64,000 bases of DNA from Eledone cirrhosa (Eukaryota): NCBI GenBank assembly GCA_964016885.1, contig OZ024740.1:348874001-348938000 (forward strand), in the 5' to 3' direction. Positions 1 through 10,163 of this stretch are shown one piece after another (position 1 is the stretch's first letter; each line of letters opens with the position of its first letter). Below the pieces are notes generated by a model that was not told the origin of the DNA, made no database searches, and saw nothing but the letters and a program-made list of their open reading frames with translations. A program made the translations under genes and the position numbers.

Positions 1-64
1 ATTGATATTTATACCGACAGTAATCTAGTTTTCTTACATTGGATTAATATTTTCTTTCTTACAG

Positions 65-592
65 AGTCTTATCCAGATTTTAATCCTGATGTTCAACTAC
101 ATCTTCATCACGTCTTCGGCACCAATCCAGGGGCAATGTGAAATACCCACTGATTTGAAAGTCCGTTACGAGAGTTTATCTAATGCAGCCATTGGCAACA
201 ATTTTTTTCTACCGGCTGAAATGGCTCCAGCAGAAAGTAATCATCCTATACTCACAGACGGAGATAAAACTTGTCCAACATCTGCTCTTTCCTCTGATAT
301 CATCAGTGAACGTTCAACTTGCCCTTGGTACCTGAAGATTACCCATAATTCAACAGTCTTCCCTCAATCACGTACAGAGGTAGTATGTCGTTGTACAGAC
401 TGTGTAGGCTCTGACAACAATCACCAATGTGTGGCAGTGTATACTAAAATGACAGTCCTCAATCGTACAGATAAATGTGTTGATGGACTGTATGTGTATA
501 GTCCAAGTGTAATAGATGTGGCAACAGCCTGTGTTTGTGCACGGAAAGTTGATGTGACAACTGAGGGAAATGGAAACGATTATGTGTCGTAA
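65..592 (+). CDS. IL17: Interleukin-17-like cytokine, copy 1, exon 2 (exon 1 lies before the window)
   Basis: Protein has IL-17 cystine-knot motifs ERSTCPW, FPQSRTEVVCRC..C, QCVAVY..MTVL and a C-terminal VATACVC. Polypyrimidine acceptor ttttctttcttacAG ends at 64. The in-frame SLIQILILMFNYIFITSSA looks like a signal peptide. Confidence 0.9.
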   Translation, partial: SLIQILILMFNYIFITSSAPIQGQCEIPTDLKVRYESLSNAAIGNNFFLPAEMAPAESNHPILTDGDKTCPTSALSSDIISERSTCPWYLKITHNSTVFPQSRTEVVCRCTDCVGSDNNHQCVAVYTKMTVLNRTDKCVDGLYVYSPSVIDVATACVCARKVDVTTEGNGNDYVS

Positions 593-1175
593 AGCAATCA
601 ACTAATAACTTTTAAACTGCGATGTAACGCGAAGGTTTCTCATAATATTATGAATATTTGTTGGCCACCATGTGGTTATTATAATATTTTTATATCTTTT
701 TACTTCGTTTATCAATATATATCACAAATATTTGTATATTTAAGAAAATTAACATGTACTAGGAATACAGGAAGGTGTTTTTAATCAGTAATGATATATC
801 CTTTTTATAGATAGCAATTGTGCCTTTGTAAATCATAAATATATATGGTATTATATATATATATAATATTATTAAAGTTGAAATCATTTTATTACAAAGT
901 ATTTAAATTCACAAGCCAGAATTATTTATATTGAAATATTATAAGCGTAAATAATGTTTTTTTTATTTACATATATATTTCCACATCAAATCAAATCATA
1001 TATGGCTGTATAGTTTTATAATTATATTTTTAATCACAAATAATCTGTAATAAATTTAAATTATTATTGTATATATGTCGTATAATGGACATGCTTATAT
1101 TTTCTTTCGTTGTATGTATTTATATTTACATATCATTTATTACATTTAAATAAAAACATGAAAAACTTTGCAATT
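593..1175 (+). promoter_or_regulatory. IL-17 3'UTR with multiple ATTTA (AU-rich) motifs and a candidate poly(A) signal
   Basis: Several ATTTA pentamers (~737, 901, 924, 965, 1053, 1118-1148). AATAAA at 1149-1154 is followed by a GT-rich tract. Repeated in each unit. The AT-rich background weakens the call. Confidence 0.45.
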
Positions 1176-4100
1176 TGTAGTTTTGTGTTAAAAGTTTCCA
1201 CTTTTATTTCATTGAATCTCATTTATATGACACTAATTTCTTCATGTTTGAATTGATTTGGAAGACTTTCATGTTGCAGTCAATTCAAGTTGAACGTGTA
1301 TATTCTATGTTGTAATTTAGTCATTTTACCAGATACAAATTAATAAGTAACACGAGTAATTTATTTGTGTCATATACATATATAAACATATTAGACTTGT
1401 ATATGAAAGCATATATTATGATTAGAAAAAATAAATAAACGAGAGACTCGCTCTCAAATATAGAAATATTTTTTTCGTTTTTTTATATGAAGTTAATATG
1501 TCACAGATAACTCAGTAGATGTTGAGAATGCGAGACAGCTGTTTCAGGATTCGTTAATCTCTCATCAATGACATCCATTGTACTGAGATGAAAATAGACG
1601 AGAGCCTTTATAGATTTTGCGTAGTGAGCATTTGGTGCAGTTGCACATTTACATATAGTAAATAGCACACATAGGCTGCAAATGCTTATTTGCATATCAT
1701 TCTAAATAGGCTGGCAGTAATACTAACATAGCGTTAAGCATACTAGGGTTATGTATAAATGTATACATTATATATTTGTCTACAATAAACATACGCCAGT
1801 TCTGTAAATATGTAAATACTAACTATGATGAGGGCACTGGTTACATCAACGAATATGTTTGACCTGTGTTATTCTCCGAGTAAGTACCATGAGAATTATC
1901 CAACAATATACTTCAAGCGTGTGACGATAGTTATCGTTATATGGATATGATATATTTAAAATGGATTTTCCATATATAAATATCGTTTGTGCCTTTCTTT
2001 CTTTGAAAACTGGCACCAGGTGCATTACTGATATGTTAACCCTTTTGCATTTAAAACAGCCAAAATTCACTCACCTTTATCTTTTCAAACCAGATGTAAC
2101 TGGTCACTCATACTATTGTTGGTAACTAAAGCCGTTACCATGAAAATATAATAATATATAGAGAGTCATGTAAATGCAGAGTAAAAATAGATTTTCGTTT
2201 CATTCTTCATAAAACGATCATTGAAATCCATCCATCTATTTGCTATTAATTCTGGATAGGCATGTTAGAAATGATCTTGAAAACAGAACTTTCACACGTG
2301 TTCTTCATATGTGTACAGGGCTATTTCAATTATCCACCCTTATAATTATGATTTTGCTATCTCATTAGAAAATGCATGCTGATGTACTCGTTGAAACATT
2401 CTCCTTGGTACTCTCTTTCGTATAGATCGTCTGGCTTAATAGATATCTATGTACTTTTTAGCGTATAGATCTTTTAGGCATAATGTGATATAGATTACAG
2501 AGCGTTCTTACTTTCCATTTTTATTCAATATATTTTGGTTTTGTCTGTCTGTAATTCATGGTTTTCAAAAGCCATTGGAAATGCCTGCTAAAGGACATAC
2601 CTTTATAAATCGTCCAGTCATTACTTTCGAGTAACCTGTCAACAAAGGCCATTTATCGTGGAATGGATGAAGGTCTCAGAGAGAAAGTGGGCTTCAGTTG
2701 AGGGTGATCTTAACTGTCCATATCTAAGGGTGATGCTGTCGGACATTAAAGTGTTCCTTTTACCCAAACAATCCAGTGCAAAATCATTGACGCCGGGATG
2801 AAATTTGGCGACAGGAAGGCTACCTATAAAACCCAATAATAGTAACGGATCTAAACAACTCGATACCAGTCCTCTAGCCCGAAGAAGGTTTGCTGCTCTT
2901 TCACGAGATTGATGTAATCAAAATATTGTCTTAATATTGCTTAGACACTTATAACCACACAGTCGGACGTGATAGCAACATCTTCGGCATTTCTAGCAAT
3001 ACGAATAGAGAAGTGTTTCAGACATAAGTGTTTCAGATAGCTTCTGCACATCATTTACACTGAGAAGACAGAAATCACTCCATGCTACTGTGTAAAATCA
3101 GGAATTCACCAAGTATCTTACCACGAAAACCAGCATTAAACCATCATTCAGAACACGGTTATTAGAAAGCAAAGACAATACTAACTAAATTCTGGTTCAA
3201 TAGCACAAAAAACTGCACATGTCACAACACCGAAACCAATCTATGCATGTCGGCAAATAGAAATCAGTAGTGACGGTCGCTCTAAACATATTTTGAATTG
3301 TACCTTTACGACTGGCTGTAATAGTTGCTATAACTAGAGAATAATGATAAAGATGTTTAGTTATTATATATTATATTTTGACTTCAGGTTTTACACTTTT
3401 GATTTATTTCCTTCTTATCTAAATGTTTGTCATCATTTTAAGTTGTGCTTTACATATACATTTAAGTTTCCTTATTAAACAAACAGTTACCGTTTGTCTT
3501 CTAAAACTATTGAAAGTGCCACTGCTGCTATATTCTGTAATTATATGTTAAGGATTCAGATCCCTTTTCAAAGATTTTTGATGTTCCGTCTAAACACTAG
3601 GACATCAATGTAATAAACTGCTCATCCATTTGATTACAGTGAAGCTGTACATTATTACATATGTGGCCAGTGCATTGTTACCTACTGTGTTATATCAAGC
3701 ACGTGTTTATTTTCTATCGTTGTCTGACTATGGTTTAAACAATAATCTGAAAACGTTATTTGTCAACTACTATTCCGAGATGAAGTTATTGAAGTTATTT
3801 GTATCTTCTAGAATAAACACTATTCTAATTTACTAAAAATAGAAATACTGCGGAATCAATGGAAACTAACAACCACAATCTGGTATGTATATATATATGT
3901 GTTTGTGTGTATGCGTGTATGTGGGGGGTGCGTCTATGTGTGCGAGTGTGTGTGTATCCGGGTTTAATCGGGAGTTACCACTGTAAGTACGATACTCAAC
4001 ACAATAGAGTATATACTATATTTAATATAGAAATGGTTTCTACAGTACTAGAACAGTTTCATTCTTATGAAGTCATCAGAAAAGCCCCGATGATTTATAC

Positions 4101-4670
4101 ATATATATAGATATACATATACACATATATATATATATATAGATAGATAGATAGATAGATATGTGGGGGGTACAGGGGGGTGCGTGTGTATACGTGTGTG
4201 TGCGTGCTATTTGTCCTTAAATGTACCATGAAAAATAATTATTTCCAACTCCTTGTTCCATCTCTATTATACAGTAATCAAGAAACAAACTAGAAATAAT
4301 GAACCCCAGCATATTTATTCGTATGTCTCCAATTTATCATCCATTCTATGTTGCCGTAAGAATGGAATATTCACCTAATGGTATCATCATATTAACAAAG
4401 AAGACTCGAATTAAAATATTTGATATAATTGAACGTTGTCAATTCATTTCCAGACTAAAAATATATATTTTCAGTTTACACCAATATGATAAAGACATGT
4501 GTTCTAGTGTTATTAGGAGGGATATTTAATCAATGCTTACACTGGGCACGAAATAAAATTCAAATTATATTTTTAATTTTTTGCAAGGCCAGCTCTAACT
4601 CGCTCGGTAGGCAAATGAGGCTATAATAATTTAAATTTATTACATATGATTTGTAATATATATATATATA

Positions 4671-4971
4671 TATTAATAAAAGGAATTCCAACTTTGTCTG
4701 ATTTACTCGTTTTATTTACAATCCTTTAAAATTTATATTGGTATTAGAATGATGACAGTCAAGTTGGCAATTTTCAACGTTGAAAATTGGAAACTTGACT
4801 GTCACCGCAGAATATGAACCTGAAGATTGCGAAAGCATGAAATTACTTGTTCAATTAACACTTAACATTTAATATTCTACCATATTATTTCATTCTAATA
4901 CCATTATAAATGTTAAAGGATTGTAAATAAAACGAGTAAATGAGACAAAGTTGGAATTCCTTTTATTAATA
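4671..4971. mobile_element. Palindromic Penelope-like/fold-back relic
   Basis: ~82-bp inverted arms (4671-4752 / 4890-4971, ~3 mismatches), an inner palindrome at 4753-4804 and a hammerhead-like core. Also at 14242-14542, 23778-24078, 33483-33783 and 43127-43427. Confidence 0.65.
4815..4853 (+). ncRNA. Minimal type-I hammerhead ribozyme-like motif
   Basis: TGAAC-CTGAAGA-t-TGC(gaaa)GCA-t-GAAA-ttac-TT-GTTCA. Stem I is TGAAC/GTTCA and the CUGANGA and GAAA core is intact. Confidence 0.5.
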
Positions 4972-5001
4972 TAATCTTCTATACACAATAATACACACGT
5001 G

Positions 5002-5235
<234 letters not shown>

Positions 5236-5242
5236 TGTATGT

Positions 5243-5520
5243 ATATCAGGTCACCAGTTGGTGCTACTGGTAACATGTATCCCAGTACAACCTGTCTTAT
5301 GGTCGGGTCGTTGGCGACTAAACTGGCAACCCCACCAAGGTTTCTTGGTGAGGACTGTGACTTTTGGACATCCTGCAGGACTAAAAACAAAACCTGTCAA
5401 AGGGCAAAGATCTCTTAAGAGTCAATGGCCATCCAAAATCATCAGGAGAGATGATCCTTTAGCAGTCGTCAAGGCAGAATTCTAGGAGAAGGAAAACTCT
5501 GATATAACACCTCCAACCCT
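5243..5520 (+). mobile_element. RTE-clade LINE 5'-end-like relic
   Basis: GC-richer block containing CTAGGAGAAGGAAAACTCTGA, a motif I recall from RTE 5' regions, and an HDV-like base-pairing layout at its start. Present in every unit and inverted at ~63070-63352. Not checked against a database. Confidence 0.4.
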
Positions 5521-6191
5521 GATGGTATCCAATGATGTTGACTTGTTCTTCTTTTTGGTAAATATCATCTCGGTTAAGAGAGTGGGACTGGCTTTGTGCA
5601 GTGTCTTTGCTCACTATAAAAGCTTCACGGCACAGGCATTGCTTTATATCTGGAGATCTCTCTGCACTTGTCATCACATGGTACCATGGGCCCAGCACTA
5701 TGTGTCAATAATTGTCACAATTGTAGTGTTTGTTACCAGAGTTTTCAGGTCGCTGGCTAGACTAAAAAGTTACACTCGTTCAGCGCATCGGTAGGGGTTC
5801 TCCTACATGGATATTAAGTAGTGGCCGTACTCGAAAACGAGTTGGCAGCCACCTTGTATGTAAATATATGTATATATATAATGTTTTAACAGTATGCAGC
5901 CTAGTAGTTTTGCAGCATTTCGATATGTGATTTCTTGTAAGCTTATTAATATTATCTTTGATGAAGACATTGTCTATTTCTACATCGTTCACTACGTCAT
6001 ATTGGCTTCTGGTCTTTAAGTATGATTTTAGAAAATTACTTTTTGTGATGTTCTTCATAAGCTCATGTATTTTGGGAAAATTTAGGAAGCTTAATTTACT
6101 TTCTTGCCTATGTATACTCTCTTTGAAAATGATCTGATCCGGCAGAAGATGTTCTACTGTGTCTTATTTAAAGGCATTATTTCAACAAGCG

Positions 6192-6655
6192 GGCGGTGGA
6201 TTGGCAGTATCGGTAGAGGGTCGGACGCCATGCTTTCCAGAATAGTTACGTCCCTTTACGATCTGAGTTAAAATACCGCCGAGGTTGACTTTGCCTTTCA
6301 TCCTTACGGGGTCGATAAAATAAAGTACCAGTAAGGAACTGGGTAATTGCTGGCCTTTTGCCTAAAAGTAGAAACAATTATTTCAACTGCGGTGGATTGG
6401 CAGTATCAGTAGAGGGTCGGACGCCATGCTTTGACGCATAGAGTTACGCCCCTTTCCATTCTGAGTTCAAATCCCGTCGAAGTGAACTTTGCCTTTCATC
6501 CTTACGGGGTCGATAAAATAAAGTACCAGTAATGCACTGGGTAATTGCTGAACTTGTGCCAAAAGTAGAAACAATTATTTCAACTGCAAAGCACCAGTAA
6601 TGCACTGGAATAATTGCTGGCCTTGTGCCAGGACAGGAAATAATTATTTCAACAG
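6192..6655 (+). mobile_element. tRNA-derived SINE tandem (two ~197-bp copies plus an extra 3' tail)
   Basis: A-box-like TGGCAGTATCGGTAG, B-box GAGTTCAAATCCC and central GCCTTTCATCCTTACGGGGTCGATAAAATAAAGTACCAG, resembling octopus SINEs. Modules are delimited by ATTATTTCAAC. Also at 15717-16180, 25309-25772 and 34972-35435. Confidence 0.75.
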
Positions 6656-7059
6656 CTTTCATAATACGTTACCGATGTTTGTCCTTTCATTATACATTCT
6701 ATCCACATATACTTACTATAGATGTAATTTCTCAATGCGGTGGGGAGATGGCTGGTCCTAACGTATGCCTATAATCTTCTACATACACATCCTATCGAAT
6801 CACGTTACAGCAAATACTTCCAAGAAAGCATATATCGCTAGCTTCTGTTCGTGATTATATACTTTCGGTCAACTTTCGTCTAAGGTAAAATTATGCGCAA
6901 TTGATGGAGCTCGACACACAAATTGAAGGATGTCGAATTACTATTATTTATCGGAAGATAAATACTAAGGCATTCTTATAAAGACTTAAAAGCAACAAGA
7001 AGCTTTCTATCGACCCGATACTATTGTAGGAACTTCAACAAGAGATACCGTGGAAGGCG

Positions 7060-7245
7060 ATTTTATGCCTTTTTGAACAGAAGCAGAAAGCTTTTTGAAA
7101 TATTCCCATGGATTCTCAAAGAGGTGCGACAGAGTAAATATTTGGTAGGCTCTACTACGTCCGCAGCAGAAAGCACACTGTCCGTCAGCCAGCTTCGACA
7201 CAACATGGCTACAACTCTTTTCTCGACACGTAACCTCTAACATGA
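7060..7245 (-). pseudogene. RTE-type reverse transcriptase fragment
   Basis: Translation QCAFCCGRSRADQIFTLSHLFENPWEY matches the RTE RT motif QCGFRxGRSTxDQIFTLRQILEKxWEY. Present in units 1-4 and on + at ~61553-61740. Confidence 0.65.
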
Positions 7246-7248
7246 CCC

Positions 7249-7420
7249 AGAAGAAGAAGAAGAAGAAGAAGAAGAAGAAGAAGAAGAAGAAGAAGAAGAA
7301 GAAGAAGAAGAAGAAGAAGAAGAAGACGAAGAAGAAGAAGGAGGAGGAGGGGGGAAGAAGAAGAAGAAGAAGAAGAAGAAGAAGAAGAAGAAGAAGAAGA
7401 AGAAGAAGAAGAAGAAGAAG
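7249..7420. repeat. Compound (GAA)n-(GGA)-(GAA)n microsatellite
   Basis: Read directly. Variable length at 16774-16984, 26381-26660 and 36045-36261. Confidence 0.95.
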
Positions 7421-7924
7421 ATACATTTTATATTATTTGTCAACAGTTATTCCGAAATGAAGATACTTTTTCTTTCAAGACGAAAACCTCTTCTAAAAAA
7501 ACCCGTTTATTTTGCCAGGTCTTAGGTACGGTTGATTACAATGAAGCAACATTTTTTGTTATATTTAAAAATAGAAAAAGTACATTTGACGAAAAATACT
7601 GTTAACGAAAATGTACTAATAATAGAATTATTGTTTAGAAATAAATATGTTTTAAGCTACCTGTCTATAAATTAAATCTTTACCACTAAACACACCTTAA
7701 AAGAAATAGGATTGTGTGTCCTGGTAAAGTTAACTCCTCCCATACAGGAACTATTAGTAGCTATATAGGTCATATAATATTTGTATAATTCTTACAACTG
7801 ATACGATAACACTAGATTCATTCCCACACCAGATGTGTATTAGTTCCGTCCGAATGTCATCCATTCATAAATTCAAATGTGGAAGGTCATATTGAAATTA
7901 CTTTTCCGGTTTCAAAAGTTATAT

Positions 7925-8066
7925 ATATGTGTAATCTTAAGATCAAACATATTAATAAAAGGGTACTTCAGCTGAGCATCGAAAACACCCAGGTTGTATT
8001 TGAAAATATATCTTTCGATATCCAAGTTCGAGTTATCTTTCGATATCCAAGTGGACAAGCAGTATA
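7925..8066 (+). promoter_or_regulatory. Putative IL-17 core promoter/5'UTR
   Basis: TATA-like TTAATAAAAG at ~7952-7961, about 110 nt upstream of the ATG. A 19-nt direct repeat TATCTTTCGATATCCAAGT lies in the presumed 5'UTR. Confidence 0.35.
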
Positions 8067-8078
8067 ATGAACATTAAA
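8067..8078 (+). CDS. IL17: IL-17-like copy 2, coding exon 1 (MNIK)
   Basis: ATG AAC ATT AAA is followed by a consensus donor GTAAGT at 8079. Phase 0 matches the acceptor at 9635. Confidence 0.75.
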
Positions 8079-8157
8079 GTAAGTAACTTTCGTTCAATAA
8101 TAACATCATATATTTATGTAAGAATCTATGTTTGCAACCCTTTATATATATATAAGC

Positions 8158-8188
<31 letters not shown>

Positions 8189-8207
8189 CTGATTGGTCAA
8201 GATGAAG

Positions 8208-8289
<82 letters not shown>

Positions 8290-8449
8290 TATATATACTG
8301 TATATATATAAATATATAAAAATATGTATATATATACGGCACTAGACAGAATTAGTCCCTTCCTCATTCACTCTCATCTGGGAACAGGTTTGTATGGCGC
8401 TAATTTGTGATTTGAACTCGGAAATGTTATATTCTCCGAGCGAGGAGAA

Positions 8450-8531
8450 CCTACTGACGAGAATCCCCTTCTCAATGGTGGTCCGCCTGGATTATCCATT
8501 TATTTCGGGATTTAAAACCGCGCGGTAAGGG
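8450..8531 (+). ncRNA. Degenerate hammerhead-like motif in the IL-17 intron
   Basis: CCT-a-CTGACGA, stem II GAATCCC/GGGATTT, AAAA in place of GAAA, palindromic ACCGCGCGGT, then A-AGG. Confidence 0.35.
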
Positions 8532-8600
8532 TACATATAGTAAGTACGGCGAACTTTTTAAAATTTATTTTAAAACTTTTTCTCTATTTGATAAACCTTG

Positions 8601-8653
<53 letters not shown>

Positions 8654-8658
<5 letters not shown>

Positions 8659-9116
8659 CAGATGAAATCGAAAATGCAACTGGAGTCTTATTTAAAAAAA
8701 TATATATATATTTATTTGGTTCCGTTACCGGTTTCGCAGTTCTTCTGCTTTTCAAATGTACAGTTGAGATGTAGGGTGTGTCGTTTTTCTCCCTGATGTG
8801 AGAATAACCACAGGCCATCTATCTCAACTCTACTGAAAAGCAGAAGAACTGCGAAACCGGTAACGGAACCAAATAAATATATATATATTTTTTTAAATAA
8901 GACTCCAGTTACATTTTCGATTTCATCTTTTTTTCTTTATACTTTCACTCGTGTAGGACACCTCGGTTATTTTTCATCTTGTAAAGTAAACCTCACTTTC
9001 TAATATAGTATATATATATATATATTAGAAAATGAAAAATAACCGAGGTGTCCTACACAAGTGAAAGTATAAAGAAAAAAAGATGAAATCTAAAATGCAA
9101 CTGGAGTCTTATTTTT
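8654..9116. mobile_element. Intronic three-arm inverted repeat (Penelope-like pLTR relic)
   Basis: 8660-8770 is the reverse complement of 8821-8928, and ~8895-8977 is the reverse complement of 9032-9116. Contains the hammerhead-like CTGAAAA-GCAG..CTGC-GAAA-CCGG-TA at 8833-8862. Present in all four complete introns. Confidence 0.65.
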
Positions 9117-9635
9117 AATGGGTAAATTTTATGTTGTCATTTTCAAACAATTATTCATAAGGATTTCTGTTGTCACTCAATTTTTATTTTTTATTCATAG
9201 TCTACGTTATTGAAGGAAAGAACAAATTGTATAATATATATTTATATTTCCTCTTATTTACGATGTTCTCAACGTTTACAAAAGAACAGTACGATTATAT
9301 CTTATTCACAACGTGAATCCAAACACAAAATTATATAGAATTAATGAATCTAGAAGAAATTATTTGTTGCATAATTTAAAATAACTATGTCTCCGTTTGT
9401 ATCTAGAATTGCTTATATAAAAAATACCACATATCTCCAGCACATCTCAATTTTCCATACTTTCTTATATTTATATTTGTTTTCTCAAACATCCTTCAAA
9501 CATCCGCAGGAGGAAATATTGTAGCAGAAGCTATGTTTTCTCAATAACATGATTAACATAGTTCCTATCAAATTGATATTTATACCGACAGTAATCTAGT
9601 TTTCTTACATTGGATTAATATTTTCTTTCTTACAG

Positions 9636-10163
9636 AGTCTTATCCAGATTTTAATCCTGATGTTCAACTACATCTTCATCACGTCTTCGGCACCAATCCA
9701 GGGGCAATGTGAAATACCCACTGATTTGAAAGTCCGTTACGAGAGTTTATCTAATGCAGCCATTGGCAACAATTTTTTTCTACCGGCTGAAATGGCTCCA
9801 GCAGAAAGTAATCATCCTATACTCACAGACGGAGATAAAACTTGTCCAACATCTGCTCTTTCCTCTGATATCATCAGTGAACGTTCAACTTGCCCTTGGT
9901 ACCTGAAGATTACCCATAATTCAACAGTCTTCCCTCAATCACGTACAGAGGTAGTATGTCGTTGTACAGACTGTGTAGGCTCTGACAACAATCACCAATG
10001 TGTGGCAGTGTATACTAAAATGACAGTCCTCAATCGTACAGATAAATGTGTTGATGGACTGTATGTGTATAGTCCAAGTGTAATAGATGTGGCAACAGCC
10101 TGTGTTTGTGCACGGAAAGTTGATGTGACAACTGAGGGAAATGGAAACGATTATGTGTCGTAA
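9636..10163 (+). CDS. IL17: Interleukin-17-like cytokine, copy 2, exon 2
   Basis: Same protein as copy 1 (ORF 9660..10163). Acceptor AG at 9634-9635. Confidence 0.9.
   Translation, partial: SLIQILILMFNYIFITSSAPIQGQCEIPTDLKVRYESLSNAAIGNNFFLPAEMAPAESNHPILTDGDKTCPTSALSSDIISERSTCPWYLKITHNSTVFPQSRTEVVCRCTDCVGSDNNHQCVAVYTKMTVLNRTDKCVDGLYVYSPSVIDVATACVCARKVDVTTEGNGNDYVS

Noticed and set aside
368-601. 77-aa antisense ORF over IL-17
   Set aside because: A shadow ORF, not listed in the ORF track for copy 5.
1826-2112. Weak inverted similarity ATGAG..GTTACATC / GATGTAAC..CTCAT
   Set aside because: Too short and mismatched to call as MITE termini.
2580-3300. GC-richer block with a 65-aa minus-strand ORF conserved in all units
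   Set aside because: I found no recognisable motif in the frames I read. Conservation only reflects recent duplication. It may be old transposon debris.
6176-6655. Regularly recurring ATTATTTCAAC resembling CRISPR repeats
   Set aside because: The context is eukaryotic, the intervening sequences are homologous SINE copies, and there are no cas genes.
7007-7460. Poly-K/R/F/L/S ORFs
   Set aside because: They are translations of the GAA repeat. Only the short RT-like segment is meaningful.
7895-7970. Possible NF-kB or C/EBP sites upstream of exon 1
   Set aside because: Only partial consensus matches in AT-rich DNA.
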